Assembly: GCA_964385305.1 (NCBI GenBank)
Contig: CAYLOP010000001.1
Location: forward strand, 4,073-68,072
Direction of reading: 5' to 3'
DNA length: 64,000 bases
Source of the DNA: an uncultured Anaerolineaceae bacterium
GTDB taxonomy: Bacteria; Chloroflexota; Anaerolineae; Anaerolineales; E44-bin32
The position numbers and the translations under genes are program-made. Below, piece by piece: positions 1 through 9,279 of the stretch. Under the pieces are notes generated by a model. The model ran no database searches and was not told the DNA's origin. It saw only the letters and a list, made by a program, of their open reading frames with translations. Within the stretch, counting starts at the first letter, position 1. The number at the start of each line of letters is the position of its first letter.

Positions 1-780
1 GCTGGACAAGTCTTCTTCGAAGACGTCGATCTGACCAAACTAGCTGGCTCTGACCTTCGCCATATGCGGCGGCGAATGCAGATGATCTTTCAGGATCCTT
101 ACGCTTCTTTGAACCCTCGTATGACGGTAGGTTCCATCATCGCTGCACCGCTCGAGGTGCACCAAGTCGCCCATGGCAAGGAAAAAAGGGAACAAATTGA
201 TGGATTGCTGCGCATCGTGGGGCTCAACCCCCAATTTGTGAATCGATACCCGCATGAGTTCTCCGGTGGGCAGCGTCAACGTATCGGTATCGCTCGGGCG
301 CTTGCCCTTACACCGGATTTGGTGATTTGCGACGAGCCGATCTCCTCCTTGGATGTCTCGATCCAGGCGCAGGTGGTCAATTTACTTGAGGACCTCCAAG
401 ATCAATTGGGCCTCACCTACCTTTTCATCGCTCACGATCTGAGTATGGTTCGGCATATCAGCGACCGCATAGTGGTGATGTATCTAGGGAAGATCATGGA
501 GCTGGCCGACCGGGATGAAATCTACCTCAATCCACTCCACCCCTACACACAGGCTTTGATGTCGGCTGTGCCCGTTCCTGATCCGGAAGTGGCCGAGCAG
601 CGCAAGCGAATTATTTTAGAGGGGGATATCCCCAGCCCGGCAAACCCGCCCAAGGGCTGCAATTTCAATACGCGCTGTCCGGTGGCAACAGACATTTGCT
701 TCGAAGAAGAACCGCCCTACGTAAAGGTCGGTAAAGACCACATGGCCGCCTGCCATTTGGTGCCGCCGATTGATGCGTAG
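1..780 (+). CDS. Oligopeptide/dipeptide ABC transporter ATP-binding subunit (OppF/DppF type), 5' end cut by window edge
   Basis: Frame 1 is open from nt 1, upstream of the listed Met at 64. ABC signature FSGGQRQR, Walker [14 protein letters not shown]-loop FIAHDL, and the C-terminal oligopeptide-transporter extension ([12 protein letters not shown]...GCNFNTRCP). Stop TAG at 778-780. Confidence 0.9.
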   Translation, partial: AGQVFFEDVDLTKLAGSDLRHMRRRMQMIFQDPYASLNPRMTVGSIIAAPLEVHQVAHGKEKREQIDGLLRIVGLNPQFVNRYPHEFSGGQRQRIGIARALALTPDLVICDEPISSLDVSIQAQVVNLLEDLQDQLGLTYLFIAHDLSMVRHISDRIVVMYLGKIMELADRDEIYLNPLHPYTQALMSAVPVPDPEVAEQRKRIILEGDIPSPANPPKGCNFNTRCPVATDICFEEEPPYVKVGKDHMAACHLVPPIDA

Positions 781-847
781 AAAGGCTGGAGGATACCGGT
801 TAGAGAAATAAGTGCCTCATCACGTAAGGGATGTGATGTGACCGAAC

Positions 848-913
848 GTGGACCCCGCCCGGCGATGACATGCTTGCCGCATGTCCACTCTCTGGGAGGG
901 GTCCACAATTTTT
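848..913 (+). terminator. Candidate intrinsic terminator after the ABC ATPase gene
   Basis: GTGGACCCC (848-856) pairs with GGGGTCCAC (898-906). The pair encloses an inner hairpin GACATGC/GCATGTC and is followed by AATTTTT (T-run 909-913). The long loop lowers confidence. Confidence 0.4.
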
Positions 914-940
914 CGGGGTTAATAAGGGGGACGGTACCTT

Positions 941-1774
941 TTAGGTGTCCTTATCCTTGGGCGTAAGGATCATGTGAGTCGGGAAGGGCATGTCGATCCG
1001 CTCCCGCTCAAAGGCGGTCTTGATCGCACGGATACCCTCATCTTGCGCTTTCAGGACCCCTGCCTCACCGGTGTCGATCCAGTAGTGCAGCTTAAAATCG
1101 ATGGTCGAATCCCCGAAGTTGGAGAAAATGATGCGAGGCGCTGGCTGGTCGAGGATGCCGACCAAGCCGTCTAAGGACTGCATGACGGTGCGCGCAACAT
1201 GATCAAGGTCTGAATCCGGGCTCACGCCGGCGTTGATTTCAATGCGGCGGCGGGGGGCGCGGCTGAAGTTGATGATGGGATTGACGAAAATATCCCCGTT
1301 TGGGATGAACACATATCGACCATCTAAGGCACGCATCTCCGTGGCGCGCAGAGATATGTCTAAAACCGTGCCGATATATCCCGCGACCTCGATTTCGTCG
1401 CCGATTTTAAAGGGCTGCTGGATCAACAGCAAAATCCCTGCGACGAAGTTTTTCGCCACATCTTGTAATGCGAAACCTATCGTGAAGCCGGCGATCCCCA
1501 AGCCGGCGATAAGGCTCGAAAACCTGCCGGGAGCAAGCTGCTCGAGCGCGAGTACGATCCCAAATGCCAAGATACCCCAGCGGGCGAGCAATTCAAGGAG
1601 TACAATGATTTCCTGATCATGATCTCGACGTTGCATGGCCTTACGCAACATTCTTGCAACCCATATTGAGATGAGGCGTGCGAGGATGTAGATCAGAAGT
1701 GCGTATCCAAGATTGGGGAGGAACGCGAGGATTTTCTCCCCAATCGTTTCTAGAGATATTGTGGACAAGCTCAT
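941..1774 (-). CDS. Small-conductance mechanosensitive channel (MscS family)
   Basis: N-terminal TM helices followed by the MscS beta-domain pattern (QQPFKIGDEIEVAGYIGTVLDISLRATEMRALDGRYVFIPNG). The ORF extends to a TTG at 1792; the first ATG is at 1774. Confidence 0.85.
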   Translation of the reverse strand: MSLSTISLETIGEKILAFLPNLGYALLIYILARLISIWVARMLRKAMQRRDHDQEIIVLLELLARWGILAFGIVLALEQLAPGRFSSLIAGLGIAGFTIGFALQDVAKNFVAGILLLIQQPFKIGDEIEVAGYIGTVLDISLRATEMRALDGRYVFIPNGDIFVNPIINFSRAPRRRIEINAGVSPDSDLDHVARTVMQSLDGLVGILDQPAPRIIFSNFGDSTIDFKLHYWIDTGEAGVLKAQDEGIRAIKTAFERERIDMPFPTHMILTPKDKDT

Positions 1775-2837
1775 GGCAAACAGCACTCCCAAGCGATATA
1801 CTGACGATCATAGCATAGACCATCCCGAAGTGTCGATTCTGATGCCGTGTTTCAACGTTATGAATACGTTGGACGAGACTGTGACATCCTTGCTCGACCA
1901 GACATTCCGCAGATTCGAGCTTGTGGCAGTTGATGACGGGTCGACGGATGCAACGCTTGAGCGGCTCAACCGATGGGCAGAGATCGATGCGAGGGTGAAA
2001 GTTCTGCCATGCGAGCACAGCGGGATCATTCCAGCGCTGAACGCTGGTTTGGCGATCTGCCGTTCCTCGCTCATCGCACGTATGGATGCAGACGATCGTG
2101 CCCACCCAGCGCGATTAGCAAAGCAAAAAGAGCTGCTGGATGCCCATCCTGAAACAGCGCTTGTGGGCACGCTTGTGGAGGGGTTCCCTGCAGGTGACGT
2201 GCAAGAAGGTTTCAAGATCTATATCGACTGGCTCAATCATCTGGTGAGCCATGAGGCTATCGTCCGGGAGATTTTCATTGAAAGCCCCCTTGCACATCCT
2301 TCGGTCATGATGCGCAGGGAGTGGGTTACTCGTGTCGGTGGTTATCAGGAACATGGTTGGCCAGAGGATTACGATCTCTGGCTGCGCATGTATCTGGCAG
2401 GCGCGAAATTTGCCAAAGTGCCGGAGGTTCTGCTCTATTGGCGGGAGCATGTACATCGTTTGACACGCACGGATTCTCGGTATTCGGCGGAAAACTTCTT
2501 GCGCGCCAAAGTGCATTACTTATGCCGAGGCCCTTTGCTTGGGCGCGATGCTGTGATCGTGTGGGGGGCAGGGCAGATGGGACGGCGCCTATCCAAACAT
2601 CTCCTCAAGGAGGGTGCGCCTTTGCAGGCTTTTGTGGACGTCGATCCGAAGAAGATTGGGCGCACGCGCCGAGGCTACCCGATTATCCCCAAGGAGCATC
2701 TTCAGGAATGGTGGAGCCGCTATGAGAAGCCCGTTGTGCTCGCGGCGGTCGGTGCAAGGCAGGCGCGTGAGCTCATCCGCGAACAGATTCAAGGTATGGC
2801 GCTGGAAGAGGCCGTCGATTGGTGGGCTGTGGCGTAG
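1773..2837 (+). CDS. Glycosyltransferase family 2 with C-terminal Rossmann-like extension
   Basis: GT2 N-terminus VSILMPCFNVMNTLDETVTSLLDQTFRRFELVAVDDGSTD, DxD-like MDADD, and EDYDLWLRM. The first ATG is at 1773; the ORF opens at a TTG at 1713. Confidence 0.8.
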   Translation: MANSTPKRYTDDHSIDHPEVSILMPCFNVMNTLDETVTSLLDQTFRRFELVAVDDGSTDATLERLNRWAEIDARVKVLPCEHSGIIPALNAGLAICRSSLIARMDADDRAHPARLAKQKELLDAHPETALVGTLVEGFPAGDVQEGFKIYIDWLNHLVSHEAIVREIFIESPLAHPSVMMRREWVTRVGGYQEHGWPEDYDLWLRMYLAGAKFAKVPEVLLYWREHVHRLTRTDSRYSAENFLRAKVHYLCRGPLLGRDAVIVWGAGQMGRRLSKHLLKEGAPLQAFVDVDPKKIGRTRRGYPIIPKEHLQEWWSRYEKPVVLAAVGARQARELIREQIQGMALEEAVDWWAVA

Positions 2838-2940
2838 GAGCGAGTTTATTCCTCCCTAACTAGGCAGGATGAGCTACATCACGTGATTCCCGGCCTAGAG
2901 CAATATCCCTATCCGCGAATATTCAACCTTGTTATAAAGC

Positions 2941-3270
2941 TTACCTGGCATCCTTCAGCAGCGTTAGAACCATCATGCAAGATTTATGTGCCAGGATGCT
3001 GTGTGCGAGTTGAGGGGGCATGTAAACCCAGGTGCCCGCTGACGCGTTGTGTGCGTCACCTCCCAAGGTAAGTTGAGCTTCCCCATGTAGAAATTGGAGC
3101 GTGGCGTGTTGTGAGACGCTGTGTTCGGATAGGGCCTGACCTTCAGCAAACTCAAAGAGGATGACTTTCATCCAATCGTTTTCGTGAAGGGTCCGGCTGA
3201 GGATGCTGTCTGCCGGCAGGTCAGGGGACATTGCGTTTAAATCAGTGTGAATGCAATACGGATCAGACAT
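2941..3270 (-). CDS. Cupin domain protein
   Basis: 109 aa with a cupin_2-like core (FEFAEGQALSEHSVSQHATLQFLHGEAQLTLGG...WVYMPPQLAHS). Overlaps the upstream gene by 8 nt. Confidence 0.7.
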   Translation of the reverse strand: MSDPYCIHTDLNAMSPDLPADSILSRTLHENDWMKVILFEFAEGQALSEHSVSQHATLQFLHGEAQLTLGGDAHNASAGTWVYMPPQLAHSILAHKSCMMVLTLLKDAR

Positions 3271-3958
3271 ATACTTCTCCTAACCATCTGATTGTGAGAG
3301 CCTTATCCTGTCGCGTGGACGGGGAAGCTGTTATATAAGGGATGCTTTTTCGCTTCACCCCCTGTGTTTGCGCCAAGGTCGCGGAATTAAACGCGGGACT
3401 TTGACGGTGATAGTCGCGGTAAGGGTGTCCATATTCGACGATCAAGCGCTGCTCCTCAAAGATACTTCCAATAAGAAGATAAACCGATAGAACAACGATC
3501 AGGATGAGCAGGTTTACGGTCATGATGGGTGTCAACCAGATGAATGCAAGGCCTGCGGTGTAGAGCGGATGGCGGGCCCAGTGGTACAGCCCGTGGATGG
3601 CCAGATTTATGGGTTCATCGTCCCGGTCGAACATTTGCCGCAGTCCGAAGAAATGCAGGGGATCGGAGTGTAAAAAGCCGACCACCATGACCACAATCGA
3701 AAGAAGTTGGCCCAAGATCATAAGTGTGAGCCAAGGCTGCGATATCCGGTAGAGAAGCCTCCCCGGATCCAGGATGATGATTGCCAAAACGGGCAGGAAA
3801 GTGAGTATAGCAACGAAATTATAGACAAGACGGTAGTACTTTTCGGCGAACACGCCGAAAGCTCGGCGAGCCCAGTGTTTCGCCCTGCGCGTGGCAAGGT
3901 GACTATGGAGAGTAGCGTATAGGATTAAAGTTACCAGTAGAAGCACGGAACTGCGCAT
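3263..3958 (-). CDS. Membrane methyltransferase family protein (isoprenylcysteine carboxyl / phospholipid methyltransferase-like)
   Basis: Multi-TM protein with ARHPLYTAGLAFIW and EEQRLIVEYGHPYRDYHRQSPAF, the RHPxY...EExxL..YG..Y..Y signature of the ICMT/PEMT superfamily. Confidence 0.7.
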   Translation of the reverse strand: MRSSVLLLVTLILYATLHSHLATRRAKHWARRAFGVFAEKYYRLVYNFVAILTFLPVLAIIILDPGRLLYRISQPWLTLMILGQLLSIVVMVVGFLHSDPLHFFGLRQMFDRDDEPINLAIHGLYHWARHPLYTAGLAFIWLTPIMTVNLLILIVVLSVYLLIGSIFEEQRLIVEYGHPYRDYHRQSPAFNSATLAQTQGVKRKSIPYITASPSTRQDKALTIRWLGEVYV

Positions 3959-4077
3959 TACACCTCGCTCATTCGAATTTCGTTTATGTGGCTGCTTGAA
4001 ACCAAAATAACAATCCCCCCGGTTTTACTGAGGACGATAAGTAAGTTATAGGCGCCTCATGCTTCAGGGACTTTCGC

Positions 4078-5352
4078 TCACCTGCGCCGTTTTCTTGTCA
4101 GTTGGGTATATGCCGCGATGGCAGGATCCAGTGTGAGCCATAGCATGACGGTCATCACGATCGCCGAGGTCAAGCACCAGGCGCATGTGGCTCCGATGAC
4201 GAAGGGTTCGAGAAATGTCAGGTAGATGGAGAAGGCCGTCCCAAAGGCAGTCATTCCAAATATTGCGAGGATAGCCGTATTGGAGAGTGTCCTGTTTTTA
4301 AGTAAGCTAACCATCCAGGCGAGCAGCAGTGCAGCATAGCCAAACACGCCTAGCGCTCCGATTGGGATAATGCCAAACAGCAAGGCATATTCGCTTTGCT
4401 GCACTGTGTTACAGTCACCGACGGGACCACACACGGCTGTGATCCCTGTACTCTCGACGTACAGCAGATACCCTGCGACGATGATACCTACCAGGATCAG
4501 GAATGGGGTGGCTCGAGATAGCTCATACCTCGGGATGGGCCGCCGCTCTTTGAGGGTCATGAGTTGCATGGCGCCATTTACACCAACTGCGATGAAAATA
4601 AAAGCCATACCGATCAGCGTGACAAATGAGATGCTATTCCCCAAGGGATCGCGTCTCATATTCGCAAGGAAAGTGGGCTCAGAGGCCTCAAACTCAACGG
4701 GCAGGTTTGGCGTTGTTGGTTTTGGGGATGGCGATGCTTCTGCGAGTTCTGTTGGCTCACTTGTTGCTCCTTGCTCAACTGTGGGCGTCTCCTCGGGGGA
4801 TGCCATAGGAACCAATTGGGAGATATAATCCGTAAGTCCTGGGAGCTCAGGCCAATCGATACCACCAGCCTTGAGCCCTTCTACAATGATCCCCGGGAAC
4901 TGGCCTGGGATATCGACGGAGCCAATAAGATAGGTGTCGCTTACGAGGAGCAGCGGGACGCCTTGATCCTGTGGGGGGATGTTGTAGAGGTCGATTGTAG
5001 CGCCGAACAACTCTTGTCCGATAGGTGTCCAGGTGTTCACGTATAGGATCTCTAGTTGTTCGCCGTATAGACCAAGTATCGCGGGGTTCAGTTCTTCTTC
5101 CTCGCTTGTAGGCTGTGTGTAGTACACCTCAACCTCACCACCATAGACATCCCATAAAAGGGGAAGATCCTCCGTGATGACCTTGTGACAATGACCACAG
5201 GATGGGCTGTAGAACAGGATTGCACGGACGATCGATGATTGTCCGGAAGCGGGCTGCGCGAATATGTACGGCAGCACGGCCAGCAACAGTGCGAAGAGAC
5301 GCATGATTCTCATCCTCATTATCGATGTTATAGGGAGAAAATGCGTGTTCAT
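4078..5352 (-). CDS. Thioredoxin-like domain fused to vitamin K epoxide reductase (VKOR) family membrane domain
   Basis: Signal/anchor sequence, then Trx-like SPSCGHCHKV, then an acidic/Pro-Thr linker. The C-terminal multi-TM VKOR domain has the loop cysteines CGPVGDC and the active-site motif CAWC. The start is uncertain (several Met at the N-terminus). Confidence 0.8.
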   Translation of the reverse strand: MNTHFLPITSIMRMRIMRLFALLLAVLPYIFAQPASGQSSIVRAILFYSPSCGHCHKVITEDLPLLWDVYGGEVEVYYTQPTSEEEELNPAILGLYGEQLEILYVNTWTPIGQELFGATIDLYNIPPQDQGVPLLLVSDTYLIGSVDIPGQFPGIIVEGLKAGGIDWPELPGLTDYISQLVPMASPEETPTVEQGATSEPTELAEASPSPKPTTPNLPVEFEASEPTFLANMRRDPLGNSISFVTLIGMAFIFIAVGVNGAMQLMTLKERRPIPRYELSRATPFLILVGIIVAGYLLYVESTGITAVCGPVGDCNTVQQSEYALLFGIIPIGALGVFGYAALLLAWMVSLLKNRTLSNTAILAIFGMTAFGTAFSIYLTFLEPFVIGATCAWCLTSAIVMTVMLWLTLDPAIAAYTQLTRKRRR

Positions 5353-5371
5353 GAGGGTAGATTATACCGCG

Positions 5372-6097
5372 CTAACGATCCGTCTTTGTCTTCCATAGCG
5401 CCCAGAGTTGGTCGAAGCTCTCCGTCAGACGCTCGGCAAGTGCTTCCCCGCCGGTAGTTGTAATGTCGTCTTCATTGTCCATGACAACATAAGGGATGCG
5501 TATGCTCTTCACAATGATTTCATGAGGATCTTGGGCGGTGAATTCTGTCCAATCGTCATGAAGATAGAGGGCTTCCATTTTACTGTCAGGCAGGCTATGT
5601 TCGAGGATGCTGTCAGGCCGCTCGATATTCATTCTCTTATGGTTCTTACGCGAGGATTCCTCATAGGAGACACGAAGGTAGATGGCTGAGGCTTGTTGCA
5701 GGATCTCCTCGCTTAAATGTTGATAAGCTTTGTGGTATCCGCCATGTTTAGCGCCGCGAGAAAATTCGATGAATACGGTGTGATCCTCACTCTGGTCGCG
5801 GGACCATTTTTGGTATTCCAGGCTGAGACGCCGGATAAGTACATGCCACAGGTTGTTGTTGAGGAAGTATCCCTCGGGTGTGGAGTGCGAGCGCGGCATC
5901 TGGAAAACGTGCTGGAGAATGTCGTCTTCCTCAAACCATTGCCATATCATGGGAAAATCATCCAACACATGAATCAGACCAACACGAAAACGCGCGATGC
6001 GTTCCTCGAGAGGGACTTGCCGTAAGTAGTGAATGATCTCGCTTTTTCCTGAGGCAGGGCGGCCGTTCAAGATGATGATGGGAAAGAAGTTTGCCAT
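5372..6097 (-). CDS. P-loop NTPase/kinase-like protein of unknown function
   Basis: Walker A LNGRPASGKSE close to the N-terminus, with no other motif I can assign. The Met at 6097 (MANFFPIIILNG) is preferred over the ORF start at 6145. It lies 19 nt upstream of the Trx-VKOR gene on the same strand. Confidence 0.55.
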   Translation of the reverse strand: MANFFPIIILNGRPASGKSEIIHYLRQVPLEERIARFRVGLIHVLDDFPMIWQWFEEDDILQHVFQMPRSHSTPEGYFLNNNLWHVLIRRLSLEYQKWSRDQSEDHTVFIEFSRGAKHGGYHKAYQHLSEEILQQASAIYLRVSYEESSRKNHKRMNIERPDSILEHSLPDSKMEALYLHDDWTEFTAQDPHEIIVKSIRIPYVVMDNEDDITTTGGEALAERLTESFDQLWALWKTKTDR

Positions 6098-6404
6098 AGC
6101 TCTCACAATTCCGAGGCAGATGTATGGATTGAGATATGCCAGCATGTATTCTGACGCGTTGAAGTGTAATCGTCAAGTGGCCTTCTGGACTATCTAAAAT
6201 GATCCTGTCTGATGAACGCGAGGGGATATCCGGAGAAAGCGCAGGTATTCCTTGAATTATGCGTCATCCCTCAGGTGACGGGGAGCCCGGGAAGTGGGTT
6301 GGTGAATGCTGAGATGGTAGAATCCAATTCTAGTGGTATGGTGTGGGCATTTCGTACTGCGTTTAAAAGAACCAAGAGATCGTATGGAACAAAGGATGAT
6401 GCCA

Positions 6405-6875
6405 ATGTCAGGGGATCCATCGTGTGTTTTTTGTCAAATCATCGAGGGACAAGTGCAAGCAAGCACCGTTTTTCATGATGAGGTGGTGACGGTATTCATG
6501 GACATCCACCCCCTCACGCCCGGCCATTTGCTAGTGGTGCCCAATCAACATATCGCCGATCTCAGCGGCTTGGATCACGAGACAGGTGCACATATGCTGG
6601 ATGTAGGCCGTCGGGCGGCTTCAGGGTTACGGCGATCGGATATACGCTGTGAGGGGATTAATCTATTCCTCGCAGATGGCGCTGCTGCGGGACAGACGAT
6701 TTTTCACCTGCACTTGCATGTCGTGCCGCGTTTTCGCGGCGACGGATTTAGTATTGTTCACGGGGTGCGTGGGAGCAGCCCGGCATCTCGGGAAGATTTA
6801 GATCACCAAGCAAGAGCGATACGAATGGCTTTGGAGCCTGGCGGACGGAACGACGAATCGAATGAGGTGGTGTAA
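6405..6875 (+). CDS. HIT family (histidine triad) nucleotide hydrolase/transferase
   Basis: CVFCQII N-terminus and histidine triad HLHLHVVPR. AAAGGA lies 8 nt upstream of the ATG at 6405. Alternative starts are 6384, 6396 and 6399; the ORF opens at 6333. Confidence 0.85.
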   Translation: MSGDPSCVFCQIIEGQVQASTVFHDEVVTVFMDIHPLTPGHLLVVPNQHIADLSGLDHETGAHMLDVGRRAASGLRRSDIRCEGINLFLADGAAAGQTIFHLHLHVVPRFRGDGFSIVHGVRGSSPASREDLDHQARAIRMALEPGGRNDESNEVV

Positions 6876-6881
6876 ACCGTG

Positions 6882-7490
6882 ATGCAGAATGGTAGAGTCT
6901 TACAGCGGATATGTGTGTACTGCGGATCGAGCGATAAGATCCCAGTGCCCTACCTCGAGGCTGCGCGCCAAATGGGTTGTGCGCTTGCTAAGAGAGCGCT
7001 GACGCTGGTCTTCGGCGGTGGTGGTACGGGAATGATGGGCGCCGTTGCGGATGCGGTCTTGGAGGGCGGGGGGCGTGTGATTGGTGTGATCCCTGAGAAT
7101 TTCAACACCCCCCAACTCTTGCATGCGGATGTGTCTGAGCTTCACGTGGTCGATAGCATGCATGCGCGCAAGCAACTCATGGCTGAACTTGCAGATGCCT
7201 TCGTAGCTCTCCCTGGCGGTTTTGGAACGTTTGAGGAACTTTTTGAAATTCTAACATGGGCTCAGATCGGACTCCACAGCAAGCCTGTAGGCGTTCTCAA
7301 CACGAATGGTTATTTCGATAGCCTACACCACCTCATCGAAGAGGCGAGACAAGAGGGCTTCATCTACAGTGAGCATCGCGAGCTTCTTCTCAGCGCCTCC
7401 AGCCCCGATGACCTGTTAGAGATGCTGTACAATTATCGAGCCCCTGAAGGACTTGAACGTTGGGTGAATCGCCAGGAGGACAGGGGATGA
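6882..7490 (+). CDS. LOG family protein (nucleotide 5'-monophosphate N-glycosidase / cytokinin riboside-MP phosphoribohydrolase family)
   Basis: ICVYCGSS, GGGGTGMMG and PGGFGTFEELFE motifs typical of TIGR00730/LOG. The ATG at 6882 directly follows a GTG at 6879. Confidence 0.85.
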   Translation: MQNGRVLQRICVYCGSSDKIPVPYLEAARQMGCALAKRALTLVFGGGGTGMMGAVADAVLEGGGRVIGVIPENFNTPQLLHADVSELHVVDSMHARKQLMAELADAFVALPGGFGTFEELFEILTWAQIGLHSKPVGVLNTNGYFDSLHHLIEEARQEGFIYSEHRELLLSASSPDDLLEMLYNYRAPEGLERWVNRQEDRG

Positions 7491-7951
7491 ATGCAGCACA
7501 ATTCTTCGACCATTGGAACAAGGTGTGGCGGGACCTCATGCGTGCTGTCTCCATGCTGCATGATGAGCATCTTGACTTTCAACCCGCAGAAACCTATCAG
7601 CGATCTGTGGGAGGCATTCTGCGTCATATCATCAACCTTGAGGAAGGCTGGATCCATTTTGTGATCCGTCGGGCTCGGCCGGAATGGCCTGCAGAGGATC
7701 GTCCGGGTTTGACCTCTATCAAGGCGATCCGGGAAGAGATGGAGCGCGTTCATAAAGAGACCTTGGCGTACTTAGCTAGCCTCCCTGTAGAGGAGTTCAC
7801 ACGTGTGGTTCAAGTGCCCGGGGACGGCACACCGAAGCTCGGTTGGATTCTCTGGCATGTGTTCGAGCAGCAGATCCATCATCGTGGAGAACTCTATCTT
7901 TGCTTGAGCTTGCTCGGTTTGGAGCGACCAGAGACCGATCGCCCCGGCTGA
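7487..7951 (+). CDS. DinB family (four-helix-bundle metalloenzyme-like) protein
   Basis: About 155 aa with a DinB-like N-terminus (FFDHWNKVWRDL) and C-terminal HHRGELYL. The ATG at 7487 overlaps the LOG stop (ATGA). Confidence 0.7.
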   Translation: MNAAQFFDHWNKVWRDLMRAVSMLHDEHLDFQPAETYQRSVGGILRHIINLEEGWIHFVIRRARPEWPAEDRPGLTSIKAIREEMERVHKETLAYLASLPVEEFTRVVQVPGDGTPKLGWILWHVFEQQIHHRGELYLCLSLLGLERPETDRPG

Positions 7952-7997
7952 GTCAGGTCTTCAGCCAAGGTCACTTTTATAAAACCTTATTGAGATC

Positions 7998-9212
7998 ATG
8001 AGCGAAAAGATCCGCATGTTGCATTTTGCCGACCTGCATGTCGGCATGGAGAATTATGGGCGCATCGACCCTGCGAGCGGTACGTCTAGCAGGGTGCGTG
8101 ATTTCTTAAATCGCCTGGATGAAGTGATCGATTACGCCCTGGAGCATGAAGCTGACATTGTGGTGTTCGCAGGCGATGCTTTCAAGAATCGCGACCCCGA
8201 ACCCACACAGCAGCGGGAGTTCGCCAAACGCATTAAAAGACTGGCAGACGAGGTTCCAACCCTTCTCGTCGTAGGGAACCATGATATGCCCGGGATGGCG
8301 GCGAAAGCCAACAGCATGGATATCTTTCGAGCCCTGGATGTCCCCGGTGTGATCGTGGGTTACAAGCCTGAGGGGCAAGTCGTAGAGACCAGGCGCGGCC
8401 CGCTCTACCTGGCCTGGATGCCCTATCCCATGCGCAATCGATTGCTGGTGCGCGAAGAGCATTACGGCAAATCGATCGAAGAACTTGAGGTCGCGCTACG
8501 AACAACGGTCGCGGATATCCTGGACCAGCTTGCGAAGGATGCAGACGAGCAGCAGATGCCACGGGTGCTCGCCGGCCACTTCACGGTTGCAGAAGCGGAA
8601 TACGGTTCGGAGCGCTCGGTGATGCTTGGCCGAGATGTGGCGGTCTTTCTCTCCACACTGGAAGATCCACGCTGGGATTATGTGGCGTTGGGACATATTC
8701 ACCGCTATCAACGTGTCAATAAGGGGAGATACCCTGCGGTAGTCTATAGCGGCTCGCTGGAACGTATCGACTTTGGTGAGGAGAACGAGCGAAAAGGCTT
8801 CTGTTGGGTTGAGCTCGCCCGTCAGGAGACAACTTCTTCATTTGTACCTGTTGCAGCCAGGCCCTTTTTGACGATTGAAGTCGATGTGCGCCAAGAAGAG
8901 GAGCCTACGGACGCTGTTCTGAAGGCTATCGAAGGTAAGGAAATTGAGGGCGCAGTGGTTCGTGTCCTCATTCAGCTGAACTCGGTGCAGGAGGTCGCCT
9001 TGCGCGAACGCGAGGTCGAGAAGGCACTCTCATCCGCCGCGAGTGTCTCGATCGCACGTCGAATCGAAGTCGAGACCCGCACTCGCTTGGGAGACATGGC
9101 GCCGGAATCGCTCACGCCATTGCAGCTGGTTGAGCGATATTTCCAGGCGCTCAAGGTGCCAGAAGAGCGTGTGAAACGACTGCTAGACGTGGCGGAAGAA
9201 CTTCTCAAGTGA
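7998..9212 (+). CDS. sbcD: Exonuclease SbcCD, nuclease subunit D (Mre11 family)
   Basis: Calcineurin-like phosphoesterase motifs: LHFADLHVG, GDAFKNRDP, GNHD, GHF, GHIH. Confidence 0.85.
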   Translation: MSEKIRMLHFADLHVGMENYGRIDPASGTSSRVRDFLNRLDEVIDYALEHEADIVVFAGDAFKNRDPEPTQQREFAKRIKRLADEVPTLLVVGNHDMPGMAAKANSMDIFRALDVPGVIVGYKPEGQVVETRRGPLYLAWMPYPMRNRLLVREEHYGKSIEELEVALRTTVADILDQLAKDADEQQMPRVLAGHFTVAEAEYGSERSVMLGRDVAVFLSTLEDPRWDYVALGHIHRYQRVNKGRYPAVVYSGSLERIDFGEENERKGFCWVELARQETTSSFVPVAARPFLTIEVDVRQEEEPTDAVLKAIEGKEIEGAVVRVLIQLNSVQEVALREREVEKALSSAASVSIARRIEVETRTRLGDMAPESLTPLQLVERYFQALKVPEERVKRLLDVAEELLK

Positions 9213-9279
9213 GGGAGCACGCATTTTGTGATGCGTTGCCCACCTCCTGTTGATGGTTTGGGAACAAACAAGAATTAGC

